A stretch of DNA of 64,000 nt from an uncultured Acidobacteriota bacterium (GCA_963720545.1 OY970399.1:800001-864000), one strand, 5' to 3'. Counted from the first letter of the stretch, positions 24,908 through 37,726 are shown. The notes: generated by a model not told the origin, from the letters alone. A program made the numbers and translations.

Positions 24908-25177
24908 CGTCCGTTCTTCTCGTTCCCCGAGCGCTTTGCGTCCGCATCCGTTCCGATCTGCTGCTACTGCGCCCGGACGCAGTTGCGTGGATCCCTCGGT
25001 CGCAGCGCAAGCGTTGAGCTCCTCGGGAAAACGACCGGGCCGTGCCCTTGTCCTAGACTGGCAGCAAGGATGAACCGCGCGAGGTCCGCTGCGCATCGTC
25101 GCTCCGGCTGACAAGCGGCCCGCGCGCTGGATCCGGATACTCGCGAAGATCGAAGTGTTCCGCCTGCCGCCAGCGCG

Positions 25178-25702
25178 CTAGCGACGCCGGCGCACCAGCT
25201 GCTTGCGGATTGCGCGCAACGCCCCATCCGGACCCTGCCAGCCCAGAATGCGCAGCGCCTTGTCCTCGAAGGCGACGGCGTGCAGGAAGAAGAGCTCGAG
25301 CTCGCTGCGGATGCGCGGTGAAAGCGACAGCACCGATTCGATTCCTGCCTGGCGCGGTGCCGCCACCGGCGCAACGAAGAAGCGGTCGTTGCGTACGATG
25401 CGCCGGGTGCGGGCGTTGCGCTGCTCGACGTTCAGCGCGCCGAGCACCCGGCAGCCGAGAACCATGCCCGGATAGCTGCTGCCGTCCCAGTAAACCATCG
25501 CGTCGAGCGGATCGCCGTCCTCGCCGAGTGTGCCGGGGACGATGCCCCAGTCGTAAGGGTAGACGAGCCCCAGCGGCAGCGGCCGCGACAGCTCGATTCG
25601 GCCGGCTTCGTCGCCGAGCTTGAGCTTCAAGCCGGAGCCGCGCGGTGACTCGACGACGACGTTGAGGAAGCCGTCCTTACGGAAGGCGCCGAGCCCGGCC
25701 AC
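25178..25702 (-). CDS. Family I soluble inorganic pyrophosphatase-like protein
   Basis: VVESPRGS, YPYDWG, DGDPLD, RNDR; GTG start 25702. Confidence 0.85.
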   Translation of the reverse strand: MAGLGAFRKDGFLNVVVESPRGSGLKLKLGDEAGRIELSRPLPLGLVYPYDWGIVPGTLGEDGDPLDAMVYWDGSSYPGMVLGCRVLGALNVEQRNARTRRIVRNDRFFVAPVAAPRQAGIESVLSLSPRIRSELELFFLHAVAFEDKALRILGWQGPDGALRAIRKQLVRRRR

Positions 25703-25704
25703 GG

Positions 25705-26577
25705 CTATGCCTTCGACCAGGTGTCGAGCATCGCGCGCAGCCGTTTCGGGCGCGGTGCGAACAGCTGCCGCCCGCTGCGCAGCGCCTGGGTGCGCAGCGT
25801 GCTCTGCCGCTTCTCGATGCAGCCGATCACGATGGCGGTAGAGCGAGCGTCGCCATAGCGCTCCGGGTTCGCGGCGAGCTGTGCGCCGAGGACGGCGAGG
25901 TTGTGCTCGTCGCCGAGGTAGGTCTCGAGCTTCCTGAGCGAGCGGCTGCGAGCGCGGGCGCTCGAGTGCCGCGATGCAAACAGGCGCACGTGATACCAGT
26001 GCTCCTTCACGCGGCGGCGCCACGCATGAAACTCGGTCGAGGCGGAGTCCAGAGTCAGCGTGCCGAGGATGGCCTGCGCGCGTTCGTAGCTGCGCTCGAA
26101 TCCTGAGCGCACGGCCGAGCGGCTGGCCGCCGAAGCCACGCGCCCGGGCAGAGTCTTGCGCGAGCGCTTCAAGCCGAGGCGCGTCCTCTGCGCCAGAGCG
26201 GCCATGCTCTTGCGGCTCTCGCGCCGCTGCCTCTTCAGTTCCGCCGCCACGCCGCGCACGACCGCCGGCGTGAGCACCGCCGAATAGTGGGCGCGCAGGG
26301 TGGCGAGCGTCTGAATCATCGCATCCGCATCACGCACCGGCGCCAACGCATGGCTCAGCGTGCGCAGCCGCTTGTTCTCACCGGCAAACCGGCGGCCGAG
26401 GGGCCGCTGCAGGAGTTTCGCGACCGCCCTGACCTTCTTGATGTTCTTGCGCGCCTTGTGGATGCTGCTCTTGCCGACCGACGGACCTTCGAAGAGCTTC
26501 ATCGAGGCTCCGAGCTCTTCACGCACCAGCTTTTCGAGCCCGCGGCCGACGTCGCCCCGTTTCAACCGGAATGTCAT
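25705..26577 (-). CDS. CHAD domain (polyphosphate-binding) protein
   Basis: IHKARKNIKKVRA, VRDADA, FHAWRRRVK, LGDEHNL; very basic. Confidence 0.85.
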   Translation of the reverse strand: MTFRLKRGDVGRGLEKLVREELGASMKLFEGPSVGKSSIHKARKNIKKVRAVAKLLQRPLGRRFAGENKRLRTLSHALAPVRDADAMIQTLATLRAHYSAVLTPAVVRGVAAELKRQRRESRKSMAALAQRTRLGLKRSRKTLPGRVASAASRSAVRSGFERSYERAQAILGTLTLDSASTEFHAWRRRVKEHWYHVRLFASRHSSARARSRSLRKLETYLGDEHNLAVLGAQLAANPERYGDARSTAIVIGCIEKRQSTLRTQALRSGRQLFAPRPKRLRAMLDTWSKA

Positions 26578-26588
26578 GGGATCGTGAA

Positions 26589-27716
26589 TTATCCCCCGAA
26601 GAAGAATCCGACAAGGGCGCCGCCGAGGATGAGCCAGCCGCTGTTGACCCGCGACCGCCATAGAACCAGGATGGTGGCCAGAGCCAGGGCGGCGGCCATG
26701 GGACCGCGGAGAGCATCGCGGGCGAACTGCCACGAGACGATTACCATCAGCGCCAGGCTCGCCGCGTTCACGCCGTCGAGGAAGGCGCCCGCGGCGGGCG
26801 ACCGCCGTAATGCGGCGACGAGCGGACCGCTCAGCCATACGAAGACGAAAGCCGGCAGGAAGATCCCGGCGGTGGCGAGCGCGGCGCCGGCATGTCCGCC
26901 CACGAGATAGCCCACGAAGGTGGCGGTCGCGAACAGCGGGCCGGGAGTCATCTGCCCCGCGGCGACCGCGTCGAAGAGCTGCGACTCGGCGAGCCAGCGC
27001 AGCTTCACGACGAACTCCTCGCGCAGGAAGGCGACAAGCACATACCCGCTGCCGAAGAGGACCGTGCCGATCTTCAGGAACGCGAAGAACAGCGTCGACA
27101 GCTGAAACGCGGCTGAGGTGCCAGCGACGGCCGATGGAGCGAGTGCCGGCGCGGCCGCAAACCAGGCACCGCGCGATCGCGCCGTCTGCAACGACGCGGC
27201 CATCGCGGCACCGGCAATGACGAGCACAGCGATCTCGTCGATGCCATAGAGAAGCATCGCTAGCGCGGCACACGCCGCCGCGACCAGCGGCGCGTTCTTG
27301 AGCGCACCGGGGCCGAGGCTCCACAAAGCGCGCAGCAGCAGAACCAGGACGACGGGCTTGATGCCCGCGAACACGGCGGCGACCTCGGGCAGCCGTCCGT
27401 ATTGCGTATAGCCCCAGGCGAGAATCCACACCAGGACGACCGCCGGCGCGATAAACGCCACGCCGGCCACGAGCAGCCCGGGCAAGCCCGCACGGCGGTA
27501 GCCCACATGGATCGCCATTTCGGTGGAGTTGGGGCCCGGGATCAGGTTGGTCGCGCTCAGCAGGTCGAAGAACTCTTCCCTGCGGAGCCAGTTCCGGCGC
27601 CGCACGACTTCCTCTTCCATCATCGCGACGTGAACCGCCGGTCCGCCAAACGAGGTGGCGCCCAGTCGCAGGAACAGCCGCGCCAACTCCCCTAGCCGGC
27701 CCGGCTCGTGTATCAC
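26589..27716 (-). CDS. chrA: Long-chain chromate transporter
   Basis: SFGGP, PGPNSTE, FGSGYVL, TPGP duplicated halves; start approximate. Confidence 0.88.
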   Translation of the reverse strand: MIHEPGRLGELARLFLRLGATSFGGPAVHVAMMEEEVVRRRNWLRREEFFDLLSATNLIPGPNSTEMAIHVGYRRAGLPGLLVAGVAFIAPAVVLVWILAWGYTQYGRLPEVAAVFAGIKPVVLVLLLRALWSLGPGALKNAPLVAAACAALAMLLYGIDEIAVLVIAGAAMAASLQTARSRGAWFAAAPALAPSAVAGTSAAFQLSTLFFAFLKIGTVLFGSGYVLVAFLREEFVVKLRWLAESQLFDAVAAGQMTPGPLFATATFVGYLVGGHAGAALATAGIFLPAFVFVWLSGPLVAALRRSPAAGAFLDGVNAASLALMVIVSWQFARDALRGPMAAALALATILVLWRSRVNSGWLILGGALVGFFFGG

Positions 27717-27812
27717 GGGCGCATAATAGGAGACTCTTCTGCAATACGGCATCCAGGTTGTACAAGTAGCCGCTTCCCACCCCTGATATCCCTGCCGAAA
27801 CAGCCTGGGGAG

Positions 27813-27828
27813 CGGCACGCGCCTTGCA
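27813..27828 (+). promoter_or_regulatory. Candidate sigma54 promoter
   Basis: CGGCAC-GCGCC-TTGCA, 21 nt before ATG 27850. Confidence 0.6.
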
Positions 27829-27849
27829 CCGGAAAGACGCAGGTTCGTC

Positions 27850-28092
27850 ATGGGAACAGCCCATCTGTATTGCGGCGAGGAAGAGATCGGCACCGTGGAG
27901 CGCTGGTGGAGCGACATCGATGAGGAGCAGCACCTGACGCTCGGGGTCCTGTATCGGGGTCCGGAACTTTGTTCCGGGCCGCATCAACTCGAGCTCAGTT
28001 CCGGGCGCCTGGCCCTGGGCCGAGTGATCTCCCAGCGGCGCCTGGTGGACGGCCGCATTCGCGCTTCCTTCTCCCAGGACACGGCGGCGTAG
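27850..28092 (+). CDS. Hypothetical protein (80 aa)
   Basis: Follows sigma54 motif; 4 nt from next ORF. Confidence 0.55.
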   Translation: MGTAHLYCGEEEIGTVERWWSDIDEEQHLTLGVLYRGPELCSGPHQLELSSGRLALGRVISQRRLVDGRIRASFSQDTAA

Positions 28093-28096
28093 GTTC

Positions 28097-28537
28097 ATGA
28101 GCGATACGCCCGCCCCGTCACATGAGCAGCCGAACTTTGTACGTTGGGAAGCCTGCAAGGATTGCGGCGGGCCGGCGCAGCGTTTCCGCAACGACGAGGG
28201 TCCGGATACGGTCGCGTGCATGAAATCCGCAGAGCACACGCGCGAAGCGCCACGCACCGACGCAAAAGAGGAACAGGCGGCACAAGAGCGCTTCGAAGAG
28301 GCCGTTCAAAAATCGGAACAGGCGAAGGAGAAGTTCGCCGCCGCCGAAGAAGAAATCGCCGAGGCGCTGAAGGAAGGCGACAAAGAACGCATCGAGGCGG
28401 CGATGGCCACGAAGGGCGACGCGATCGAGGAACACGTCCTCGCCGTGAAGGAAAAGCAGGAAGCCCGCCTCGACGATCCGCCCACTCCTCCCAAGTTGGA
28501 CCCGCCTGCCGAGCAGTCGGACCCGCCCACCGAATAG
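28097..28537 (+). CDS. Hypothetical protein: CxxC..C..H region plus acidic/Lys coiled coil
   Basis: CKDC..VACMKSAEH then E/K/A-rich helix and Pro-rich tail. Confidence 0.6.
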   Translation: MSDTPAPSHEQPNFVRWEACKDCGGPAQRFRNDEGPDTVACMKSAEHTREAPRTDAKEEQAAQERFEEAVQKSEQAKEKFAAAEEEIAEALKEGDKERIEAAMATKGDAIEEHVLAVKEKQEARLDDPPTPPKLDPPAEQSDPPTE

Positions 28538-28634
28538 CTCACTTGTGGACGCCGAGACCCCGCCTCGGCCCGTCACTCAGGAATCTGGCGGCTGCGTCCG
28601 CGTCCTGACATAATCCCGCAGGAAAACCAACCAA

Positions 28635-31141
<2,507 letters not shown>

Positions 31142-31166
<25 letters not shown>

Positions 31167-32747
31167 CCTTGTCTGAACTTCGCCGGAACACCACCTGCGA
31201 CTCCGTTGGAGGCCGTGACGGGCTCCTCAACAAGGATGGTCTGATCGACAGCAATATCCTCCACCAGCTGGTGCACGCCGCTTGGCCACACCACGACGAT
31301 GGAAGAAACGTGGTCGGAAGAACCTACGCCGAAATGCAGAGGCGCGCTGTTTTGTGCCAGATGGTGCTCGGGCCCGTCGTGCTCCTGATACTGCACGCCG
31401 CACGGGCACCCGCTGACGGTCACCTTGGCTCCCAGTCCATCGCGATTGCTTTGATGGCCTAGCAAGCGAATGTTGAGCCAATGGTTGCCGTTGCCATTGT
31501 TCTTCAGCAGGACGTACGGTCCCACGCGCGTGCCATTTCCGTTGGTCAGGAAAAGGTCGAGGAGACCGTCGTTGTTGTAGTCCACAAAGGTCGCGTCAAT
31601 ACCCGAGCCTGCCGTTTGCGCCTCGACGCCGGCTTCGCGGGCGACGTCCTCGAACCTGCCGCCGTCGTTTCGATACAAGCGATTGGCTTTTGCCTCATTG
31701 CGTGCGTTGACGACGTAGAGGTCGAGATCGCCGTCGTTGTCGTAGTCTCCCCACACGGCGGCCCGGGCCTCTTCGGCATTGTCGATGCCGCTGCCTTCGG
31801 TCACATCCTCAAAGGTTCCGTTGCCCTGGTTGGCATAGAGCACTCCCCTGCCGCCGTTGTTCATGGTGATATAGAGGTCGAGGTCGCCGTCGTTGTCATA
31901 GTCTCCCCAGGCCGCGCTTGCCGGGAAAGAAAACCGCTTGAGACCGGCGGCCTTGGTCACGTTGCTGAAGTGACCGCCAGCAGAGTTGGCGAACAGCGCC
32001 AGCGGCTGCATGATCAACACGTCCGGCCAGCCGTCGTTGTTGTAGTCGGCCCATGCGCCGACACGGTTGCCCGGGGCGCGGTAGCGATCCTGGTAGGTTG
32101 GCTTTCCGGGGCGTGAAACTCCCGCGCGCGGCGCCACATCGACGAACGTCGAATTGTCCTCTTGCTGAAAGAGGACGTTTCCCTGATCCGGGATGGTGCG
32201 CCGCCAACTCAGGGAGAAGAGATCCAGCCGGCCGTCCATGTTGAAGTCGAAACTGTAGACGCCACGGCCGCGATGGCCAACAGCACGAACCCCGGAACTC
32301 TCCGCGGTGTTGACGAAATGACTATTGCCGTCGTTGATCCATAGCTCGTGGTAGTTTTTCTGCGACTTGGGCGTTCTCTTGGCACTGCCCTTGGTTATGT
32401 AAAGGTCCAGGTCGCCATCGTTGTCGAAATCGGCCCAGACAACGCCGTGACAATCGCCGTTGGTCGGATCCAGGCCGGCCGCTTCGGTGACATCCGTGAA
32501 ACTTCCTTGCCCCAGATCGTTGTTCCACAATTGGGAAATCGAATTCGTTTTCGCCTGAACGTGGCCGATCGTCAGCAGGTCGAGATCGCCGTCATTGTCG
32601 TAGTCGCCCCAGGCTCCCGCCCAACTGCCCATGTAGCGTTGCGCCGCGAGGCCGGAAGGCAAGGAAACATCGGTAAATGTCTGCGCCGCTGCTGGAGCAG
32701 TGGTAGCCAGGACGAAGGCGAGTACGGCAACGCTTCTAGCTCAACAT
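31142..32747 (-). CDS. Secreted FG-GAP repeat / ASPIC-UnbV (CRTAC1-like) protein; probable indel just after the start codon
   Basis: Repeated WGDYDNDGDLDLY, C-terminal NHWLNIRL..LHFGVG; in-frame signal-like ARSVAVLAFVLATTAPAAAQ preceded by an out-of-frame ATG at 32747. Confidence 0.8.
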
Positions 32748-32808
32748 GGTCCATCATGCGCCGGCGAAATAGGCCCTTCAAGGACTAATTCCTCTGGCGG
32801 CCACCCCG

Positions 32809-34035
32809 TCAGCGTTCGAAGACGTACACCTTCCCCTGGTTTGCGTTGGTGCCCACACGGCGCTGGGATCGCCGGCAACAACGAGGTCCTTGTTGGCCGC
32901 TAGCGCCTGCAAATCGGTCGCACCCGTTGGGTTCAGCCTTCGCGAGGGCAATGTGGGTCCCGACCAGCCCGCCGCTGGTCGATGAAATGCAAGGATGAAC
33001 GGCACCCCGCCCGTAGGCGTCGCTTCGAAGCTCACGCCCAGGAACGTCTCCTTCGATCGCACTTGGAGGGCGCCTTGAGCCAGCCTCGCGACAGCAACGG
33101 GGCCAGTGTCTACCCAACCTCCAGGAGGACGAACGAATACCTCGGCCCCGGAATCCACGACCGTCTGCGCGACGATGGTGTCCCCCTTGAACGCCAGCTC
33201 GAAGCCCCGTCCGGGTTGCTGTTGACGAGGCGCGCGGTCGGTTGAACGTCGCCCCGCCAGCCTGACTTCGGGCGCTCGTAGACGTAAAGGAAGGTCGGAT
33301 TGAATCCAAGGGCAACCACCGTGTGGCCGTCGAAGGCGATATTGCGCGGAAAGAACTGGTGGGCAGGATCGATGCCTGCGTACGAGAGACGAGCCTTTTC
33401 ACGCAACGACCCAACCCAGCCGGCGGCCGGTTTCTTGAAACGTAGATCTTGCCGGCACTCGCGTCCGCCAGGACGATCGTGTCGCCAACGATGCCGACCA
33501 CCGGCGGAATTGCGTTTCCACCGTGATTCCCGCGGCGATAGTCCGATGGTGTCAGCGTTGCCGACGGCTCCACGAAACCGGACCATCCGCTCGGCGGTTT
33601 CACGAAAACGAACGCCTGCGAAACCCAGCAGCGGTTATCCCACAGGAAGGCACCGCCGACGACGATGATGTCGCCGCTGATTGCCACCTTACTGCCAAAG
33701 CCGCTGCTGGAACCGAACGGACTCGCGGACATCCAGGCACTCTCGGCGGGGCTCTCGCTCCATCCGTCGTCGGGACGAACGAAGACGTACGCTTTCCCGT
33801 TCCTTGTCAGTGCGCCCGGCGCGCCGACCACGATGACGTCTCCGTCGGTCGCGACGCTTCTACCGAAATCGTCGTTCGCTGCGCCGTCGGATGCGACCAG
33901 GGTTCCTGTCTCGGAAATCGGGACAGCTGCGAGGGCTACATCCGAGGCACGAAGGGCGGGACCGTAAATTCCGCTGGCGGTGGTGAACAGCAAGGCGACA
34001 ACCCCGCCTAGAGCGGGCACGCGGGAAGGAGTCAT
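32809..34035 (-). pseudogene. Secreted FG-GAP-2/beta-propeller protein broken by three single-base deletions (decay or sequencing error)
   Basis: DDFGRSVATDGDVIVVGAPG and repeated YVFxRPxxGW units continue across three frames; shifts near 33439, 33206 and 32856. Confidence 0.7.
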
Positions 34036-34098
34036 AGACCCCCCTTTGCGACTGAGTGTTACGCCTCGGCATCACCCAGTTCAAGCCGAAACTGCAAT

Positions 34099-34124
34099 GA
34101 GTGGCGGAAGCGGGTGGGAATCGA
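34099..34124 (-). repeat. Outer tRNA-Sec 3' fragment (26 bp, older att site)
   Basis: gagtggcggaagcgggtgggaatcga identical to 62135-62160. Confidence 0.9.
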
Positions 34125-34176
34125 TTACGTCGGCGAGGAGCGCAGCGACTCGCGCGGAACTGATGACCAGCCGCTC

Positions 34177-34223
34177 CGCCACGAGCGTATGCGAGTGGCG
34201 GAAGCGGGTGGGAATCGAACCCA
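34177..34223 (-). repeat. Left att direct repeat of the island (47 bp)
   Basis: cgccacgagcgtatgcgagtggcggaagcgggtgggaatcgaaccca identical to 62119-62165. Confidence 0.95.
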
Positions 34224-34403
34224 ACCAAGGGCGCCGGTCCGTGCGACTCGGTACAACAGAATCAACGCTTTAAGTTAGTAGGGCCGCGGTGTAATTGCTC
34301 GGTTTTGCACCGAGTTGCTCCGCGTTCGCGCACAAAACGCGCACAGGCAACAGTTGCCGTAGTGGGCCCTTGCCTCGACGCTTGACATGAAGCCAATGCA
34401 TCT

Positions 34404-34425
34404 AATATTCGAATATTCTAATATT
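34404..34425. promoter_or_regulatory. Probable ArsR operator/promoter region
   Basis: Perfect palindrome AATATTCGAATATT (34404-34417) plus another AATATT, just after TTGACA at 34382. Confidence 0.6.
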
Positions 34426-34431
34426 ACAGGT

Positions 34432-34773
34432 ATGCAGGACCAACTAAGGCGGTTTAAGGCCGACATTTTCAGTGCCCTCGCGCACCCGACGCGCATCGCG
34501 ATTCTTGAGACTCTCCGCGACGGAGAGATCTCTGCAGGGGCGCTCAACGAGAAGCTCGGGATGGAGCAGGCCAACGTTTCGCAGCACCTTTCCGTCCTGC
34601 GGACCAAGCTGCTTGTCGCGAATCGGCGAGCTGGAAGCCAAGTCTTTTACTCGGTGCGCGACCCGATCATCATCAAGGTCTTGAACCTCATGCGGACTTA
34701 TTTTCACGCTCATCTCAAGGAGGCTCTCGCGATGCTTGGCGAGATGGAGAAACCTCGCGCGAGGGCGCGGTGA
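34432..34773 (+). CDS. ArsR/SmtB family regulator (no Cys)
   Basis: FSALAHPTRIAIL, ANVSQHLSVLR, VFYSV. Confidence 0.9.
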   Translation: MQDQLRRFKADIFSALAHPTRIAILETLRDGEISAGALNEKLGMEQANVSQHLSVLRTKLLVANRRAGSQVFYSVRDPIIIKVLNLMRTYFHAHLKEALAMLGEMEKPRARAR

Positions 34774-36479
34774 TTGTCACGCAGCAATGGCTGCCACGAT
34801 CGGTCGAGTGCCTACGCGGTTACACAGCGAGACAATTCACACACGATCTCGTCGCGGGGTTGACGGTCGGACTGGTTGCGCTGCCTTTGGCGATGGCTTT
34901 CGCGATCGCGTCGGGAGTGCCGCCGGAAGCTGGCCTGTACACAGCCGTGGTGGCTGGGTTTCTGATTTCGGCCCTCGGCGGGTCGCGGACGCAGATCGGC
35001 GGACCGACCGGTGCCTTCGTCGTCATCGTCGCCGGCATTGTCGCGAAATTCGGCGTACCGGGCCTTGCCCTTGTCGGCATCATGGCGGGCGTTCTGTTGT
35101 TGGTAATGGGTTTCACCGGCTTGGGCGCAGCTGTGAAGTTTATCCCTCGCCCGGTCACCATCGGCTTCACGAATGGCATTGCTCTGCTCATCGCATCTAC
35201 GCAGATGAAAGACTTCTTTGGACTCACAACACCTGCGGTCCCAAGCGAGTTCCTGCCGCGCATCTCGATGCTTGTCCGTTACGCCGACACCGTCCGCTGG
35301 CAGACAGTCACGATCGCAGCGACCTCACTGGCCATCATTCTTTTTTGGCCGCGCTTAACGAAACGCATTCCGGGCTCCATCGTCGCGCTGGTAGTGGGAA
35401 CAGCTGCCATTGCCGCCTTCCCCTCGGGGGTAGAAACGATCGGAACCAAGTTCGGGGGAATCCCGCAGGGGTTTCCGCGCTTTGCCGTCCCGCAATTCCA
35501 TCTCGCCGACATTCCTGCACTGCTTCCCTCGGCCTTCACGGTCGCCCTCCTTGCGGCCGTCGAAAGCCTGCTCTCAGCCGTTGTTGCCGATGGCATGAGC
35601 TGCGACCACCATAAATCTAATGTGGAGCTCGTTGCGCAAGGTGTGGCAAATGTCGTTTCGCCAATGTTCGGCGGGATTCCCGCGACAGGCGCCATTGCCC
35701 GCACCGCGACGAACATCCGGGCAGGTGCGCTGACTCCGATTGCCGGAATGGTTCATGCACTGACCCTGCTGATTATTCTTCTTTTCGCGGCCCCCCTCGC
35801 CCGCTTGGTGCCTCTAGCAACGTTGGCGGCGGTGTTGTTCGTGGTTGCTTACAACATGGGCGAGTGGCGAGAGATTGGCACGATTGTTCGCTTATCGAAA
35901 ACCGATGTGTCCGTGTGGATCACGACGTTTGCTCTTACCGTCTTCGCCGATCTCACAGTTGCGGTCGGCGTCGGGATGGCCCTCGCCGCGCTCCTCTACA
36001 TCCGCCGTATTTCCGAGACGACGACAGTGGCGGCTGTCACTCCGGAATACCTTCGGGACGGCCAGGCCCACATCCTCCAAGATAAGGACATCCCTTCGAA
36101 TGTCACCATTCTCCGTATCCATGGTCCGTTTCTGTTTGGCACTACCGACAAATTGGTAGAGGCCACCCAGCATCTCAACCGATTTGGAGACGTCGTGATC
36201 CTTCGCCTTCGAAACATGACCGCTCTCGACGCCACAGGTCTTCATGCCCTCGAACAGTTCGCCGAGCGCCTACGCAAGACCGGGAGGAGTTTGTTGGTAT
36301 GTGGCGCGAGGGATCAGCCGTCCAGGCTTATCTCCCAGTCCGACTTCACGCAGCATGTCGGAGCCGAGAACGTTCTGCCGCACGTTCGCGCTGCGTTGGC
36401 GCGCGCGGGGGAAATTCAACAAGGCTTTGCCGGGCTCGGCCGTGAGCTGGCCCGTGAGATGGAACGTCGGCCACTCTGA
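34770..36479 (+). CDS. SulP family anion transporter with STAS domain
   Basis: DLVAGLTVGLVALP, QIGGPTGAF, TGAIARTATN, DATG. Confidence 0.93.
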   Translation: MIVTQQWLPRSVECLRGYTARQFTHDLVAGLTVGLVALPLAMAFAIASGVPPEAGLYTAVVAGFLISALGGSRTQIGGPTGAFVVIVAGIVAKFGVPGLALVGIMAGVLLLVMGFTGLGAAVKFIPRPVTIGFTNGIALLIASTQMKDFFGLTTPAVPSEFLPRISMLVRYADTVRWQTVTIAATSLAIILFWPRLTKRIPGSIVALVVGTAAIAAFPSGVETIGTKFGGIPQGFPRFAVPQFHLADIPALLPSAFTVALLAAVESLLSAVVADGMSCDHHKSNVELVAQGVANVVSPMFGGIPATGAIARTATNIRAGALTPIAGMVHALTLLIILLFAAPLARLVPLATLAAVLFVVAYNMGEWREIGTIVRLSKTDVSVWITTFALTVFADLTVAVGVGMALAALLYIRRISETTTVAAVTPEYLRDGQAHILQDKDIPSNVTILRIHGPFLFGTTDKLVEATQHLNRFGDVVILRLRNMTALDATGLHALEQFAERLRKTGRSLLVCGARDQPSRLISQSDFTQHVGAENVLPHVRAALARAGEIQQGFAGLGRELAREMERRPL

Positions 36480-36560
36480 TCGCGCCCAGGGGATCCGACC
36501 AGAAAGCCCAATGTTGCTGCGTCCCATTTCCGAAGCCAGTCCAGTTGGGCCCGTGCGCGG

Positions 36561-36661
36561 CGCAGATACTGCGACCCACGGGAAACCGAGCGCATGAATT
36601 GCGTCGCGACGACTGCCATCTCGATAGCATTCGACGTTCCACGCCGGGCATGACATTTGCT
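36561..36661 (+). promoter_or_regulatory. sigma54 promoter with paired upstream sites
   Basis: CGCAGATACTGCG (36561), CGCATGAATTGCG (36591), GGGCAT-GACAT-TTGCT (36646-36661). Confidence 0.75.
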
Positions 36662-36684
36662 CTGCAATGAACGGAGGTCGGCAA

Positions 36685-37659
36685 ATGAATCTGCTGCATG
36701 CTGGGATCCGGCGAATACTTCTCCCGACTGATTTTTCACACGAGTCCGTGGCCGCGCTACCGCACGCAATCGCGTTCGCACGCATCTTCGACGCCGACCT
36801 CGCTTTGATGCACGTCGTGCCCACGGTGACAGGCGCCTTGGAAAAGGCCATGCTGCCTTATCAGCTTCTGCCAGACTTGGAGGCGGATGCCCTTCGCGAA
36901 GCGGAGAGCGATCTACGAGCATTCGCCCGCCCTGCGCAGGACGCCGGCCTGCGCCCGACGCGCGTCGTGAGGAGTGGCGTTGCGTCGCAAGAGATCCTCG
37001 CCGAGGCAGTTGCCATGGCGGCCGATTTGATCATCATCGGAACCCGGGGGTTGGGCGGCATAGAGCGGTTCGTCCTCGGCTCGGTCGCGGACCAGCTGCT
37101 GCGCCATTCTCTCTGCCCAGTCCTGACCGTTTGCCACGAAGAAGGGCGCACGTGGTCGGCTCCTGGACTCATCGAAAGCATCCTGTGCGCGGTCGATTTC
37201 ACGCCGACGGCACACGCTGCCATCGATCTGGCGCTTCGCCTGGCAGGGGCCAAAAACGCACGGGTAACGGTGCTGCATGTCGCCGAGCAAGACCAACCGG
37301 ACGTCTCTCAGCCGCAAGCCGGGGTTCCCGAGCGCGAGCCTGTCGAGGTTGCTTCCGAGTCGCCGGCCAACGCGTGGCTTCGATTCGTGGTTCCCGCCGA
37401 CAGCTCAATCCGGGTTCAGACAAGGGTGACAGCCGGCGTCGCTCACGAGGAGATCCTCAGGGTGGCGCTTGATGAGCAGGCCGATGTAATCATCATGGGC
37501 ACGCGCGCCCGGGGCCCAGTCGGGCGGGCGATATTCGGCGCCACGTGTGATCACGTCGTGCGCGGAGCTACGTGCCCGGTGCTCACCATTCCGCCACCGC
37601 CAGGCCACGTTGAACGAGATTCGCGTCCGAGTACCGTCGCGCTTGCGTCGCGAACCTGA
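36685..37659 (+). CDS. Tandem-domain universal stress protein
   Basis: ILLPTDFS, DLIIIGTRG..LGSVA, second domain ILCAVDF..GATCDHVV; GGAGG RBS. Confidence 0.92.
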   Translation: MNLLHAGIRRILLPTDFSHESVAALPHAIAFARIFDADLALMHVVPTVTGALEKAMLPYQLLPDLEADALREAESDLRAFARPAQDAGLRPTRVVRSGVASQEILAEAVAMAADLIIIGTRGLGGIERFVLGSVADQLLRHSLCPVLTVCHEEGRTWSAPGLIESILCAVDFTPTAHAAIDLALRLAGAKNARVTVLHVAEQDQPDVSQPQAGVPEREPVEVASESPANAWLRFVVPADSSIRVQTRVTAGVAHEEILRVALDEQADVIIMGTRARGPVGRAIFGATCDHVVRGATCPVLTIPPPPGHVERDSRPSTVALASRT

Positions 37660-37726
37660 AAACAAGGACAACCAAGATGTCAGCAACGATATGTGCGTAC
37701 GCGCCGATGGCGGCGAGCCCGTTACG

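Noticed and set aside
24925..24990. GGACGCAAAGC on the minus strand suggesting a c-di-GMP-I riboswitch
   Set aside because: The upstream GGCAAA and GNRA-capped stem are absent and no gene follows in that orientation
24908..25177. Cys-containing short frames in the intergenic gap
   Set aside because: No start/RBS or recognisable family
25705..28257. 850-aa ORF appearing to be a long CHAD fusion
   Set aside because: Only the last ~290 aa are protein-like; the rest is an off-frame read through chrA
32738..32812. In-frame TGA codons as possible selenocysteine read-through
   Set aside because: Not in a Cys/redox motif context, no evident SECIS, better explained by indels; no selenoprotein identified in the window
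34099..34223. Repeat-spacer-repeat resembling a minimal CRISPR array
   Set aside because: The repeats are exact copies of the tRNA-Sec 3' end, there are only two, and no cas genes are present
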